Below, piece after piece: positions 38,328 through 49,027 of a DNA stretch of 64,000 bases (positions within the stretch are counted from its first letter, which is position 1; every line of letters begins with the position of its first letter). Made by a program: the position numbers and the translations under genes. This DNA comes from an uncultured Acidimicrobiia bacterium (GTDB lineage Bacteria; Actinomycetota; Acidimicrobiia; Acidimicrobiales; AC-14): positions 38,935-102,934 of the forward strand of contig CAWIIV010000022.1 in NCBI GenBank assembly GCA_963836205.1, given 5' to 3'. The notes under the pieces are model-generated. The model was not told the DNA's origin. It saw nothing but the letters and a program-made list of their open reading frames with translations, and did not search any database.

Positions 38328-39744
38328 GTGCGAGCGCGCGACCACCTCTTCGTCGGCGGCGACTGGGTCAGCCCGGCCTCCCCCGACCTCATCGAGCTGG
38401 TGAACCCCACCACCGAGGAGGTGATGAGCCACGTCCCCGACGGGTCGGCCGCCGACGTCGACCGAGCGGTGGCCGCGGCCCGGGCCGCGTTCGAGGGATG
38501 GGCGGCCACGCCGGTCGACGACCGGGCCAAGCTCGTGGAGCGCATGCACGACGTGCTCGTCGGTCGCCTGTCCGAGATCGGGCTGCTGGTGGCGGAGGAG
38601 ATCGGCTGCCCCCTCCCGTTCGCCACCCTGGTGCAGGTGGGCGGGCCGCTGATGGTGATGGCCTCGCTGGCGGAGGTGGCCCGCACCTATCCGTTCGAGG
38701 AGGAGGTGGGCCTGTCGCTGGTCGTGCGGGAGCCGGTGGGCGTGGTGGCCGCGATCACACCGTGGAACTACCCCCTCCTCCAAGTGGTGCAGAAGGTGGC
38801 GGCCGCCCTGGCCGCGGGCTGCACCGTCGTGCTCAAGCCGTCGGAGCTGGCGCCGCTCACCGCCTACGTCCTGGCCGACGCGGCCGACGAGGTGAGGCTG
38901 CCGCCGGGCGTGCTCAACGTGGTCACCGGGCGGGGGCCGGCGGGGGAGGCCTTGGTTGGCCACCCGGGCGTCGACCTGGTGTCGTTCACCGGGTCGTCGG
39001 CCGTCGGGGGACGGGTGGCGGCGCTGGCCGCGGGCGGACTCAGGCGGGTGGTGCTGGAGCTCGGCGGCAAGTCGGCCAACCTCGTCCTCGACGACGCCGA
39101 CCTCGAGCGAGGCGGTGCAGGCGGGCGTCCGGCAGTGCTTCATGAACGCGGGCCAGACGTGCGTTGCCTGGAGCCGGATGGTCGTCCCCCGGCACCTGCA
39201 CGACGAGGCCTCTCGCCTGGCCGCCGACGTGGCCGCGTCCTACGTCCTCGGCGACCCGCTCGGCGGTGCTACCACGATGGGACCGGTGATCTCCGCCGCA
39301 TCGAGGGCCCGGGTGCGGTCCGCCATCGAGGCGGGTGTGAGTGAGGGCGCTCGCCTGGTTGCCGGCGGGGCAGAGGCACCCGACGGACTCGATCGGGGCT
39401 TCTTCGTCCGTCCCACCGTCTTCGCCGGCGCAACCAACCGGATGGCCGTGGCGCGGGAGGAGGTCTTCGGCCCGGTCGTCACCCTCATCCCCCACGACGG
39501 CGACGACGACGCGGTGGCCATCGCCAACGACAGCCCCTACGGCCTCCACGGGGCGGTCTTCTCCCGCGACCGCGACCGGGCACTGGCCGTCGGGCGCCGG
39601 CTGCGGACGGGGATGGTCGGCATCAACGGCGGCGGCTTCGACGCCCTTGCCCCGTGGGGTGGCTACAAGCAGTCGGGACTGGGCCGGGAGCAGGGACGAT
39701 TCGGCCTGGAGGAGTACCTGGAGGTCAAGGCGGTCCAACGGTGA
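38328..39744 (+). CDS. Aldehyde dehydrogenase, one apparent frameshift
   Basis: ITPWNYP, FTGS, LELGGKS, then NAGQTC, EEVFGPV in another frame after about 39108. Confidence 0.88.
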
Positions 39745-40688
39745 CGGCGGCCGGGGCTACCGCCGCTGCTGGCGAGCGGAGCCTCCATACCGCCCGCCCG
39801 ATCAGCCTGCGCCACACCCTGGGGCCGCTGCGCCGGGGCGGGGGCGACCCGTCGATGCGGATGGGGGGCGACGGCGTGTGGCGGGCGACCCGGACCCCGT
39901 GCGGTCCCGTCACCACGCACATCACGTCCGACGGCCGCGGCCGGCTCACCATGCGGGCCTGGGGCGACGGGGCGGCGTGGGCCCTCGACGCCTTCCCGTC
40001 CCTGGTCGGAGCCGACGACACCGACGATCCCCTCGACGCCGTCGACCTCCACCCGCTCGTAGCCGACTGCCGCCGGCGGCTGCCGGGGCTGCGCATCGGA
40101 CGGTCGCAGGCGGTGGTGGAGGCGCTCGTCCCCACCATCCTCGAGCAGAAGGTCGTTGGCATCGAGGCCCGTCGCTCGTACGCCCACCTGGTCCGTGTGC
40201 TGGGCGAGGTGGCCCCCGGTCCCGCGGGTGGGGCCGGGATGCGGGTCCCCCCGTCGCCGGCGACGCTGGCCGCCACGCCGTCCTACGTCTTCCACCGCTT
40301 CGGGGTGGAGCGCAAGCGGGCCGACACCATCCGCATGGCCTGCACCTACGCCGCCCGCCTGGAGGAGACGGTGGCCATGGCGCCCGACGACGCCCGCCGC
40401 CGGCTCACCGCCCTCCCCGGCATCGGCCCGTGGAGTGCGGCCGAGGTGGGGATGGTGGCCCTGGGCGACGCCGACGCGGTCAGCGTGGGCGATTACCACC
40501 TGCCCAACCAGGTGGCCTGGGCCCTCGCCGGCGAGCCCCGGGCCGACGACGCCCGCATGCTGGAGCTGCTCGAGCCCTACCGGGGACAGCGGGGCCGAGT
40601 CATCCGGTTGCTGCTTAGCGGCTCACCGGTCGGCGTCCCACCCCGCCGTGGTCCCCGGATGGCCCTGCGATCGATCGCCGCGATCTGA
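39741..40688 (+). CDS. DNA-3-methyladenine glycosylase (AlkA/HhH-GPD family)
   Basis: ILEQKV, LPGIGPWSA HhH, GDYHL, PYRGQRGR. Confidence 0.85.
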   Translation: MTAAGATAAAGERSLHTARPISLRHTLGPLRRGGGDPSMRMGGDGVWRATRTPCGPVTTHITSDGRGRLTMRAWGDGAAWALDAFPSLVGADDTDDPLDAVDLHPLVADCRRRLPGLRIGRSQAVVEALVPTILEQKVVGIEARRSYAHLVRVLGEVAPGPAGGAGMRVPPSPATLAATPSYVFHRFGVERKRADTIRMACTYAARLEETVAMAPDDARRRLTALPGIGPWSAAEVGMVALGDADAVSVGDYHLPNQVAWALAGEPRADDARMLELLEPYRGQRGRVIRLLLSGSPVGVPPRRGPRMALRSIAAI

Positions 40689-40703
40689 GTCGGTCGCAGT
40701 TCG

Positions 40704-41307
40704 ATGATCGATCTCGATGCGACGGCGGCGTTCATCGCCAGGCTCGAGGGAGCGGGTGGACGCGCGTCTCTACCGCGACGCGGTCGGGGTCGAGACCATC
40801 GGCGACGGCGAGACCCGGCGGGACGTCATCGAGCGCTACCGCCAGAGCGGGATCTCCCAGGCCGAGGCGATGAACCTCCTGAAGCGACGGGTGAGGAGTT
40901 CGCCGAGGCCGTCGAGGATTGCGTCACGAACCGCGACCGCCCTGACGCCCAACCGCCATGCCGCCCTCACGAGCCTTGCCTACAACGTCGGCGTCGGCGG
41001 GTTCTGCGAGTCGACCGCCCGCAAACGCCTCAATGCCGGGGACGTCGGCGGCGTTCCGGAGGCGTTGGCTGGTGGAACAAGGGGGCGGGCGGATCCTGGA
41101 GGGGCTCTCGCGCCGGCGGGCGGCGGAGTCCGCGCTGTTCGAACGCGACTTCGACCTGTCCCCGGCCGGTCCGACAGGACGGTGGCCAGGAGTGAGTCCA
41201 ACCTCATGCGGGAGGGGGATCGGGGGGACAGGGTGCGCGAGGCCCAGCGACGTCTGGCCGAGCAGGGCTGCGCGGTGGCGGCCGACGGCGCTTTCGGGCG
41301 CGTAACC
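40704..41307 (+). pseudogene. GH24 (phage-type) lysozyme plus start of PG-binding domain; frameshifted and IS-interrupted (5' part)
   Basis: FIARLEG...LYRDAVGVETIG, AALTSLAYNVG, LEGLSRRRAAESALF, then LMREGDRGDRVREAQRRL...ADGAFGRVT. Confidence 0.8.
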
Positions 41308-41417
41308 GGCTCTCCGCGTTGGAGTGGGGAGACGAGGTAGCGGGGTATCCACCACAGGGGCCAGGGGCCCCGTCATCGTTGCGGCTTCTCGACGGCTGCA
41401 GCGATGGGAGACCCCTG

Positions 41418-42379
41418 GTGGCGAACGACGGTATCGGGCTGGCGGAGGCACTCCTCGGACTGGACGGGTTCCGGGTGCTGGCCGTGGCCGAAGGGCCTGC
41501 GGAACTGGTCGTCACCGTCGAGACGGTGGTGACCCAGGTCGGCTGCGGGAGCTGCGGCGTGCGGGCCGAGGCCCAGGATCGGATGTCGGTCGACGTCCGC
41601 GATCTGGCCTGCTTCGGACGGCCGGCACGCCTGGTGTGGAACAAGCGCCGGTGGCGCTGCATGGAGGCCGACTGCGAGGCCAAGACGTGGACCGAGCACT
41701 CCGACCACGTCGACACCCAGGCCGTGCTGACCCGACGGGCCGGGGCCGAGGCGTGCCGCCAGGTCGGCGCCGACGCCCGGCCGGTGGCGGCGGTGGCGGC
41801 CGAGCTCGGGGTGTGCTGGTGGACGGTCATGAACGCCGTGATCGAGCACGGGACTCCTCTCGTCGACGACCCCGACCGCATCGGCACCGTCACCCAGTTG
41901 GGAGTCGACGAGACCTCGTTCCTGACCGCCAACCGGACCCACGCCACCATCTACGCCACCGGCCTGGTCGACCTCAAGGCCAAGGTCATCATCGACATGG
42001 TCGAGGGCAACACCGCCGCTGACCTGCGGCGATGGACGGCCAAGACCGATCCCGCGTGGCTGAAGTCGATCACCGTGGTGGCCACCGACCTGGCCGAGTC
42101 CTTCCGGGCGGGCCTGTCGCCCGGGCTCGATCACGCCGTTCGGGTGGCCGATCCCTTCCACGTCGTGCGAGTCGGCAACCGCTGCCTGGACAAGGTCCGG
42201 CGCCGGGTCCAGAACGAGACCCTGGACCACCGGGGACGCAAGGACGACCCCCTCTACCGCATCCGCAAACTGCTCCTCACCGGCGGCGAACGCCTGGACG
42301 AGAGCGGCAACGCCCGCATGCTGCTGGGGCTGCGGGCGGGCGATCCCAAGGACGAGGTGCTGGGCGCCTGGCTGGCCAA
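41418..42379 (+). pseudogene. ISL3 transposase, 5' part
   Basis: CGSCG zinc finger, KRRWRC, LGVDET, VATD, DPFHVV; cut at ...WLA. Confidence 0.92.
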
Positions 42380-42401
42380 TTAACCGGCCCTCGGGTCTCT
42401 G

Positions 42402-44363
42402 TCAACAGGAAGCTTCCTGGGATGGTTGGCTCGACAACCGCCGAAGGTGCCGCTCGATGCTGTCGATGACGCGCTGGTGACGAGCGGCCTCGGATGTCCA
42501 GCCACGGTCGTCAGCATCCTTGCGAAGCTGTCGGACGTCGCCTAGCTGGGCCTCCAGCGCAGCCGCGAAGTCCGGGGTCGTGACGAAGTTGGGACAGGTC
42601 TCGCAGATGTTGGCGTAGGCACAGGCCTCGGCCGCCAGCTCTCGGGAGCAGTAGCCGTGGGCCACGCGTGTCTTGAGCATCTCCGACGCCAACCATTCGA
42701 CGTGATCGGGGACGGCTGGGCGTCCCGCCGGCGCCAGCGGGATGCGCCTGGCGATCCTGCCGACGGCCTGGTCATAGGCGGCCTTGAGCGTCGGTGAGGC
42801 GAGACGGGCATAGCGGGTGGTCATCTCCGCGCTGCGGTGGCCGAGCAGGGTCATGAGGGCCTGCATCGACATGCCGGCGTTGGCCAGCTCGGTGGCCCAG
42901 GTGTGCCGCAGTTGGTGGGCGACGACGCGCAGCGGCTGACCATCGGGACCGGTGAGACCAGCACGTGCAGTTGCGTTGCTCAGGCCCTGGCGGATCCGGG
43001 TCTCGCCGAGGCGACGGCCGCGCTCGATGAACATGAAGTCGGCCAGGTGGCCATCCCGGGGGTGCACCTGGGCTCGCTGACCGGTCCGGTGTGCCAGCCA
43101 CTCCTCCAGGGCCGCGAGCGCCACGTCGTCGACGGGAACCGAGCGCTCGTTGTGGAGCTTGCCGACGGGGACCCGGAGCCATGTTCCGCCGCTCCGGTAA
43201 TCGACCAGATGGTTGAGTTCGAGATCGAGCAGCTCGCCGATGCGCAGTCCGGTGTGACGCAGCACCGTGATCCCGACCCGGGCGAAGCGGTCCTCGAGCT
43301 CGGCCGCCGCCGCCATGAGCGCGCCGTCGACGTCGGGCGCCAGCGCCCGGGGCAGCGAGTCGGGCTGGCGAGGGATGTCGGTGGCGAAGACCAGCCGCCG
43401 GCCAGGCGCCTCGGTCCACCCCCAGGCGCTGATGTCGTCCAGGAACCCGCGCAGGGTGATTGCGGCATGGGCGGGGACGTGAGGGCCGACCTGCCGGCTC
43501 GTGTCGTGGCTGCCCCGACAGTTGCGGGTGGCGGTCCAGGCGAGGAAGCCTTCGACGTGGGCGCGCTCCAGCGCCCGCAGGGAGCGAACGTCGCCATGGT
43601 GCTCGCTCAGGTACTCCCCGAAGATGGCCAGGGCGCTGGTCAGCTTCTCGATGGTCTTGGGTCGGAGCACCGTGGCCCGGACGTCCAGATAGGCCAGCAG
43701 GGTCCGTCGGATCTCCGGTGCGGCCACCGCCGCCAGTCGCCCCTGGCGAGTGGCGGGGCCGCCCTCCCGTCGATGCTGGGCTGGAAGTTCGACCGTGCCG
43801 GCTTCGAACAGCAGCCGGCGCAGTCCGAACAGTCGGCTCCGCCGGCGCCGACGCATCGACTCGCTCAACCGGACGGTGGCGGCCACTGCGTCGCCCAACC
43901 CATCGAGATCGTCGCAGGTCAACGACGCCGGTGGGTGGCCGGAGAAGGCCACGGCCAGGGGCAGGTCCTCGCTCAGCAGCTGCGGCAGCGCCGCAACGCC
44001 GACGCGCTCGCCGACCGCCCGCAGGCGAGCGACGTCGTCAGCGAACAGTCCCGCCGTCCAGCGCGCCATGCTGTGGCCGAAGTTCTTGGCGAACAAGAAC
44101 TCGGCGTCGGCGCGGACCCACCCCGAGAGCATGGCGAAGGCGACAAGGGGCCAGGTCAACGGCCGACGGCGCAGCTCGACCAGTCGCTCGTCGACAGAGC
44201 CCGCCATCCATTCGTCGAGTCGGGGGTGATCCCGCAGGAAGTCGGCGGCGGCCGCTATCTGCTGGCGCCGATAGGCGGGTTGGCCTCCGAGCAGGGCGAC
44301 ATGCTCGGCATAGTCGCTCTGCAGACCAGGCGATGGCGACGAGAGGGCGGCCAACGTGGTCAT
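42402..44363 (-). CDS. Large tyrosine recombinase (TnpB-like, 653 aa)
   Basis: TGLRIGE, GK..ER, HQLRHT, LLGHRSAEMTTRY; C-terminal GYC...C...C..C. Confidence 0.9.
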   Translation of the reverse strand: MTTLAALSSPSPGLQSDYAEHVALLGGQPAYRRQQIAAAADFLRDHPRLDEWMAGSVDERLVELRRRPLTWPLVAFAMLSGWVRADAEFLFAKNFGHSMARWTAGLFADDVARLRAVGERVGVAALPQLLSEDLPLAVAFSGHPPASLTCDDLDGLGDAVAATVRLSESMRRRRRSRLFGLRRLLFEAGTVELPAQHRREGGPATRQGRLAAVAAPEIRRTLLAYLDVRATVLRPKTIEKLTSALAIFGEYLSEHHGDVRSLRALERAHVEGFLAWTATRNCRGSHDTSRQVGPHVPAHAAITLRGFLDDISAWGWTEAPGRRLVFATDIPRQPDSLPRALAPDVDGALMAAAAELEDRFARVGITVLRHTGLRIGELLDLELNHLVDYRSGGTWLRVPVGKLHNERSVPVDDVALAALEEWLAHRTGQRAQVHPRDGHLADFMFIERGRRLGETRIRQGLSNATARAGLTGPDGQPLRVVAHQLRHTWATELANAGMSMQALMTLLGHRSAEMTTRYARLASPTLKAAYDQAVGRIARRIPLAPAGRPAVPDHVEWLASEMLKTRVAHGYCSRELAAEACAYANICETCPNFVTTPDFAAALEAQLGDVRQLRKDADDRGWTSEAARHQRVIDSIERHLRRLSSQPSQEASC

Positions 44364-45405
44364 CGCCCCGTCACCGCCCGGGCGGCCGCGAACTCGGCTG
44401 CGAGGGTGTCGGCCGACAGGTGCACGTAGCGGGCCGTGGTCTCCGGGGACGCATGGCCCATCAGCTCGCGCAGCGCCAACAGGTCGATCCCGGCGGCGGC
44501 GAGCTCGGTGCCATAGGTGTGGCGGAGCCGATGAGGGCGCACCCTCGTCGCTCCCGATCGCGCCCGGTGGGTGCGGAAGACCTTGCGCAGTCCCGCCTCG
44601 GTCAACGGCCCGCCCCGGGTCGGTCCTCGAAGGACGACGAAGCACTCGGGACTGCGGCAGCCCGGCGGCCGCTCGGAACGCACGTAGGCGGCGCACTCGG
44701 CGAAGAAGACGCCGTCGACCGGCACGATCCGCTCCTTGCCGCCCTTGCCCACAACTCGGACACGGCGCAGCCCCATGTCGACGTCGGCCAACCGCAGCGA
44801 GCGGACCTCGCGGCGCGAAGTCCGCCCAACACCATGGCCAGCACCATGGCGCGGTCCCGATGGGTCTCGAGGTCGGCCAGGAAGGCCGTCACATCCTCGG
44901 CCGCCACGCTCTCCGGGAGTCGCTGCGGCTCACGCACCAACCGGCCGCCCGATCTCGACCGGGTGGCGACGTGGCCCAACGAGCCGCGATGCTGGCCCCT
45001 CAGCCCGCTGGCCCGCCGCGCCGATGGAACGGGGTTGGCAACCCGATCGCCGGTGGTCACGAGATGTTCGAACAGTCCCCGGACCGCTGCAATCCGCCGG
45101 TTCAGAGTCGCTGGTGCCGGCGTCGACGGGGCGATCGCCACGACCTTGCCGGCCGTTCCCGATCGACGACTCTGCCAGTCCAGGTAGCCGAACAGGTCTG
45201 TGGGCACGACCTCGGCGAGCTCGATGCCCGTGGCATCGAGGAACGTGGCGAAGTTCGCCAGATCGAACGCGTAAGAGCGAACCGTCGCCGGAGAGAACCC
45301 GCGGACCTGAAGGTGGCGCAAGAACCCGTTGGCCGCTTCGATCACCGGCCCCTCGCCGTCGAGGCGATGTCCATTCGGCGCACCGACAACGCGAACTCTC
45401 GTCAT
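44360..45405 (-). CDS. Tyrosine recombinase (TnpA-like), one apparent frameshift
   Basis: SPATVRSYAFDL, GGLRA|EV (frame break at about 44810), GKGGKER, HRLRHTY, LMGHASPETTARY; GGAGG RBS. Confidence 0.85.
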
Positions 45406-45496
45406 GGCCGTCCTCCCTCGTCGCGAGTATCCGGCCCCGCTCCGCCCTACTGGTGGATGCCCTTCGCCACCGTGACTGAAGGCCGGTTAACAGACA

Positions 45497-45845
45497 GGAG
45501 TCCGTGCGCGACGTCTACCTCACCGCCGATGCCGCGGTCGCGGCCACCCTTCTCGACAAGGCCATCGCCGGCTGCATCGGTGACGAGGTGGAGGAGATCC
45601 GGTCCCTCGGCCACACCCTCAAATCGTGGCGGACCGAGATCCTGGCCCACCACGACACGGGCGCCTCGAACGGTCCTACCGAGGGCCTGAGCTTGTGCGT
45701 GAAGCGGGTCAAGCGCTGCGGCCATGGCTTCAAGAAGTTCGAGAACTACCGCCTGCGGGTGCTACTCCATGCCGGCGGTGTCAGCTGGCCGTCGAAGCCG
45801 CGGCCGCCGCGCATCCGGACCCGCGCTCCCCACTCAGACGCGTAG
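45497..45845 (+). pseudogene. ISL3 transposase, 3' part
   Basis: TLKSWRTEIL, SNGPTEG, GFKKFENYRLRVLL. Confidence 0.9.
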
Positions 45846-45857
45846 GGCCGCGTAACC

Positions 45858-46234
45858 GCCGACGCGGTGAGGGCCTTCCAGAGGCGAAATGGCCTGGAAG
45901 CCGACGGCGTCCTCGGCCCCGCAACGTGGCAGATCCTGTGTCGATGCCCGCGGCACCCCCGCGGCCGGAGACCCCGTCGTCCCCCACGTGGCGCGGCCGT
46001 TTCATGCAGCAAGGCGTGGACGGCGACGACGTCCGCCAGGCCAGCGCCCTGGCCGAGCGAGGCTGGAGCATCGTCATCGAGGGTCTTTTCGGCCCGAAGA
46101 CGAACGCAACGGTCTGTTCGTACCAGAGTGAGAAGGCCCTCGTCGTCGATGGCGTCATCGGCCCCGTGACCTGGCAGGCACTCTGGTCCACCCCCATCAC
46201 CGGCGGCGGCACGACGCCCGCTGGCCCGCCTTAG
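45858..46234 (+). pseudogene. 3' part of the lysozyme gene: peptidoglycan-binding domains
   Basis: ADAVRAFQRRNGLEADGVLGPATW continues directly from ...FGRVT; second domain ...FGPKT...VDGVIGPVTW. Confidence 0.82.
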
Positions 46235-46666
46235 AGCCGCCGGATCCCAGTCAGTCCCGGATCGAGCTCGCGATCCTCTCCTTCGGGCGGTGTCGGGACT
46301 CAACATCGAGGAGCCCACGAGCGCTTTCCTCGGAGCCGTCTCTGGGGAGCCTCGCAGCGCACACACTCCGGCCGATCAGTTACAACGCGGTGACGTCGTT
46401 CCCGGTCGGCTCGGCTACCTAGTCCCGTGACTACCTAACCGGCATCTTGTATCGCTTGCCGGGTGCGTGAGGACCCGGGCGTCCCCGCTGATATCGGATG
46501 GGTGATATCGGAGGCCGATCCGTTCACAACTGTCACATTCTGCGGTGGCCGAAGGCCGGTTTGGATCATGCGCTTGGCACGCCCGCCGGACTCCAACGCT
46601 CATCCGCTATGATCGGCCTCAATTCACATGCGAGACCGTGTGGCTACCGAAAGTACCGATTGTCCC

Positions 46667-47320
46667 ATGAATCCGCTGGAGCATGAGCACGCCTCATCCA
46701 TACTTGCTGCGCTGCGCCAAGAAATCCTTGAGGGGCAAAAGATTCGGACCCAGCTAATCGGGTTCAAGATCACCCTCGTTAGCACAGGCGCAGGCCTCAT
46801 CCTTGCCGCAGGTGAGCCTTCCATTGAGCTCCTCGCCATTCCAGCCGCTGCTGCGATGTTTTTCGACATCCTGATCAACAGCTATAGCGTCGGTATCAAA
46901 CGAATTGGGTTTTATACGCTAGCGGTACTCGACCCGCTATTCCGGAATACTGGCGCCTGGCGATCCGATACGCCAACCTGGGAAGAGTTTAATGCTGACG
47001 CAGCCCGGGCGGGCATTCGCGCACAACTTGGCGTCTCGGGCGGCAGAACACTCCAACACCCTATCCGGGCAAGAGTACAAAAGGCGACGATCTCATACCA
47101 GCGCGATATGTATGCGATGGTCGGCAACCTTGGGCTGACTGTTCTTAGCGTCGCAGCGGCGCTGGTTGCCCTTCTTGTTTCTGTTCCAATAAGAGTGGCC
47201 CTACCACTGGTCGTCGTTCTCTTGGGATTGTTAGCGTACGACGTTTGGTCCTCAATGGCGCCAGCGCGAGTGAAAAGGGAAATGGTAGGCGCCCTAAATA
47301 CGCGTTCTACCCAACAATAG
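46667..47320 (+). CDS. Hypothetical ~4-TM membrane protein in lower-GC island
   Basis: ALRQEI N-terminal helix, two pairs of hydrophobic segments. Confidence 0.65.
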   Translation: MNPLEHEHASSILAALRQEILEGQKIRTQLIGFKITLVSTGAGLILAAGEPSIELLAIPAAAAMFFDILINSYSVGIKRIGFYTLAVLDPLFRNTGAWRSDTPTWEEFNADAARAGIRAQLGVSGGRTLQHPIRARVQKATISYQRDMYAMVGNLGLTVLSVAAALVALLVSVPIRVALPLVVVLLGLLAYDVWSSMAPARVKREMVGALNTRSTQQ

Positions 47321-47557
47321 CATTCTGCCTAGGATCCCGCCCGGAAGCAAGCAATTGGATCGGTGGCGCGATGACCCATGGCCGCCTGTCCGAGGGCCGG
47401 CGAACAGACAGCTTCCGACGAGCTCGACGGGGCCAGATCCGGTGGCGAAATCGTTTAGCCGCCGTGGGCGTCCCGATCATTCTCACGCAATCTCGCGAAC
47501 GACCCTCTTGGATACTCTGAAGCCCTCTACCTACGGCATGGCTAAGACCGCCCATCT

Positions 47558-49021
47558 CTAAGCACTACCATTCGCCTCCCTGTGCGCGCTGATACCAGAT
47601 CCGATCGAGGAACCCTCGTCGGCGTTCTGACCTCCTCTAAGCGACTCGGTTCCTTCGGTTGGCTCGTTTGCCTCGCCCGCCCTTTCTGAGCCTGGGCCAC
47701 GCATCAACCCTGCTGCCATGCCAGCCGCCAGTAGGACAGCGGGGACGTGCCAAGTGAAGTCAACAGCACTCATGCCTGCGACGGCGACGATAACGCTCAG
47801 GTGATGGTCTTGCAGCGTCCCGCCGCCACTAACGCGCGAAATCCTGTACAAGGTCCAGCTAAGGAGCAGTAAACCTACAATACCGAATTCTCCTAACAGC
47901 TGAAGGTATTCGTTGTGGACGTACAATGCCTCCTTCGTTGTTCCCGCTTCGTCGGTCCAGGACAGCACCAATTTTCCGGGACCGGTTCCGATAAGCGGGT
48001 CCGACACAATACTTGACCAAGCTGCGCCGACCTGATGCTGACGGTCGGGCGACTCAAGGCTCAGTCGAGGAGCGGGCCCCGTCGTTAAAATGTCCAGACG
48101 AGCGCTCCCATGCTCGAAATATATGGCAACAATGCTTATCGCCGCTACCGATACAAGGAGTGCGCTCCTACGAGTCGATAGGGAGATAACAAGGCCAAGC
48201 GCCGCGCCGGCGACAGCAAGACCAACATTTCTCGGCGTCTGCACCGATAGCGAGGGAACCAAAGCGCACATTGCGACGATAGCCGCAACCAGGGGCCGCC
48301 ACAAGAAGTGGGCCGCGTTGGCAATTCCGCGCTGTTGTAGGACGATCACTAGTATCCCGCCAGTTAAGGCCAACATCGATCCGCGAGAGAGCGTGGCCAT
48401 CGTGCCCAGGAGAAGAGTGTAGGCGACACCACCGTGGAGTCTGGAGCAGCAAACAAGCGCCATTAAGAGCACTACGGTCATAAGGGACCCGGCGGCATTC
48501 GCGTAGGTTATAGTTGACGCCGCTCTCCAAGCGCTTTCGTTCGGTATGGCCCAAGGTTGGTGGTGAGTGACGACCCCTAGCCAGCCAACTATGGCGACAA
48601 CGACACCGAGCACAATTAGACCGTACCTCAGGATGTCTTGGCTTGACTTGGTGCTAAATCTGGCAATGGAATAGACCACTACCACAGCCGGAAGGAGGGT
48701 GACCTCCCGCCACGCAACTACCTCGGCGACAAGGCCGCGCCCAGCGACAAAGACGGTGAAGGCGGCCCACACGAGGAGCGCCGAACGGATACCAGGCGCG
48801 CCTATCAGGTGGATCCAGACGTCAGTCGCTGTGACTAGGCACGCTCCTATCAAGATGAAAAGGACGACGATATAGTCATCAGGAAAGAACGCGCCGCGCG
48901 ATAAGGCAGCAACTGCGATAGCGAGCAAAGCCGTCGCTGCTCCAAGCGATTCCCTGGCGCTGCTCGTAGGCTTCTTCGAGCGGCGTAGCCCCAACTCCGG
49001 TAGCCAAACGTGCGTGGGCAT
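47558..49021 (-). CDS. O-antigen ligase family membrane protein
   Basis: Many TMs, TYANA, TLSRG, PLIGTGPG, HNEYLQLLGEFGIVGL; start uncertain. Confidence 0.8.
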   Translation of the reverse strand: MPTHVWLPELGLRRSKKPTSSARESLGAATALLAIAVAALSRGAFFPDDYIVVLFILIGACLVTATDVWIHLIGAPGIRSALLVWAAFTVFVAGRGLVAEVVAWREVTLLPAVVVVYSIARFSTKSSQDILRYGLIVLGVVVAIVGWLGVVTHHQPWAIPNESAWRAASTITYANAAGSLMTVVLLMALVCCSRLHGGVAYTLLLGTMATLSRGSMLALTGGILVIVLQQRGIANAAHFLWRPLVAAIVAMCALVPSLSVQTPRNVGLAVAGAALGLVISLSTRRSALLVSVAAISIVAIYFEHGSARLDILTTGPAPRLSLESPDRQHQVGAAWSSIVSDPLIGTGPGKLVLSWTDEAGTTKEALYVHNEYLQLLGEFGIVGLLLLSWTLYRISRVSGGGTLQDHHLSVIVAVAGMSAVDFTWHVPAVLLAAGMAAGLMRGPGSERAGEANEPTEGTESLRGGQNADEGSSIGSGISAHREANGSA

Positions 49022-49027
49022 TCGACC

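Larger units (their letters stand above)
42380..45496 (-). mobile_element. Two-tyrosine-recombinase transposon (Tn554-like), 3117 bp
   Basis: Terminal IR TTAACCGGCC...GGCCGGTTAA, then CAGACA; removing it restores WLAKESVRDVY in the ISL3 transposase; no TSD. Confidence 0.88.
41308..45849 (+). mobile_element. ISL3 family IS (1425 bp when rejoined), carrying a nested insertion
   Basis: Imperfect IRs GGCTCTCCGCGTTGGAGTGGGGA / TCCCCACTCAGACGCGTAGGGCC; 8-bp TSD GCGTAACC at 41300-41307 and 45850-45857. Confidence 0.92.

Noticed and set aside
42380-45496. RIT (recombinase-in-trio) element
   Set aside because: The apparent three ORFs reduce to two recombinases once the frameshift at about 44810 is joined.
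40704-46234. Prophage
   Set aside because: No structural, terminase or holin genes; the recombinases belong to a separately bounded element.
46545-46561. 15/17 match to the right end of the recombinase element (GTGGCCGAAGGCCGGTT)
   Set aside because: Lacks the terminal AA and a partner end; could be chance in GC-rich DNA.
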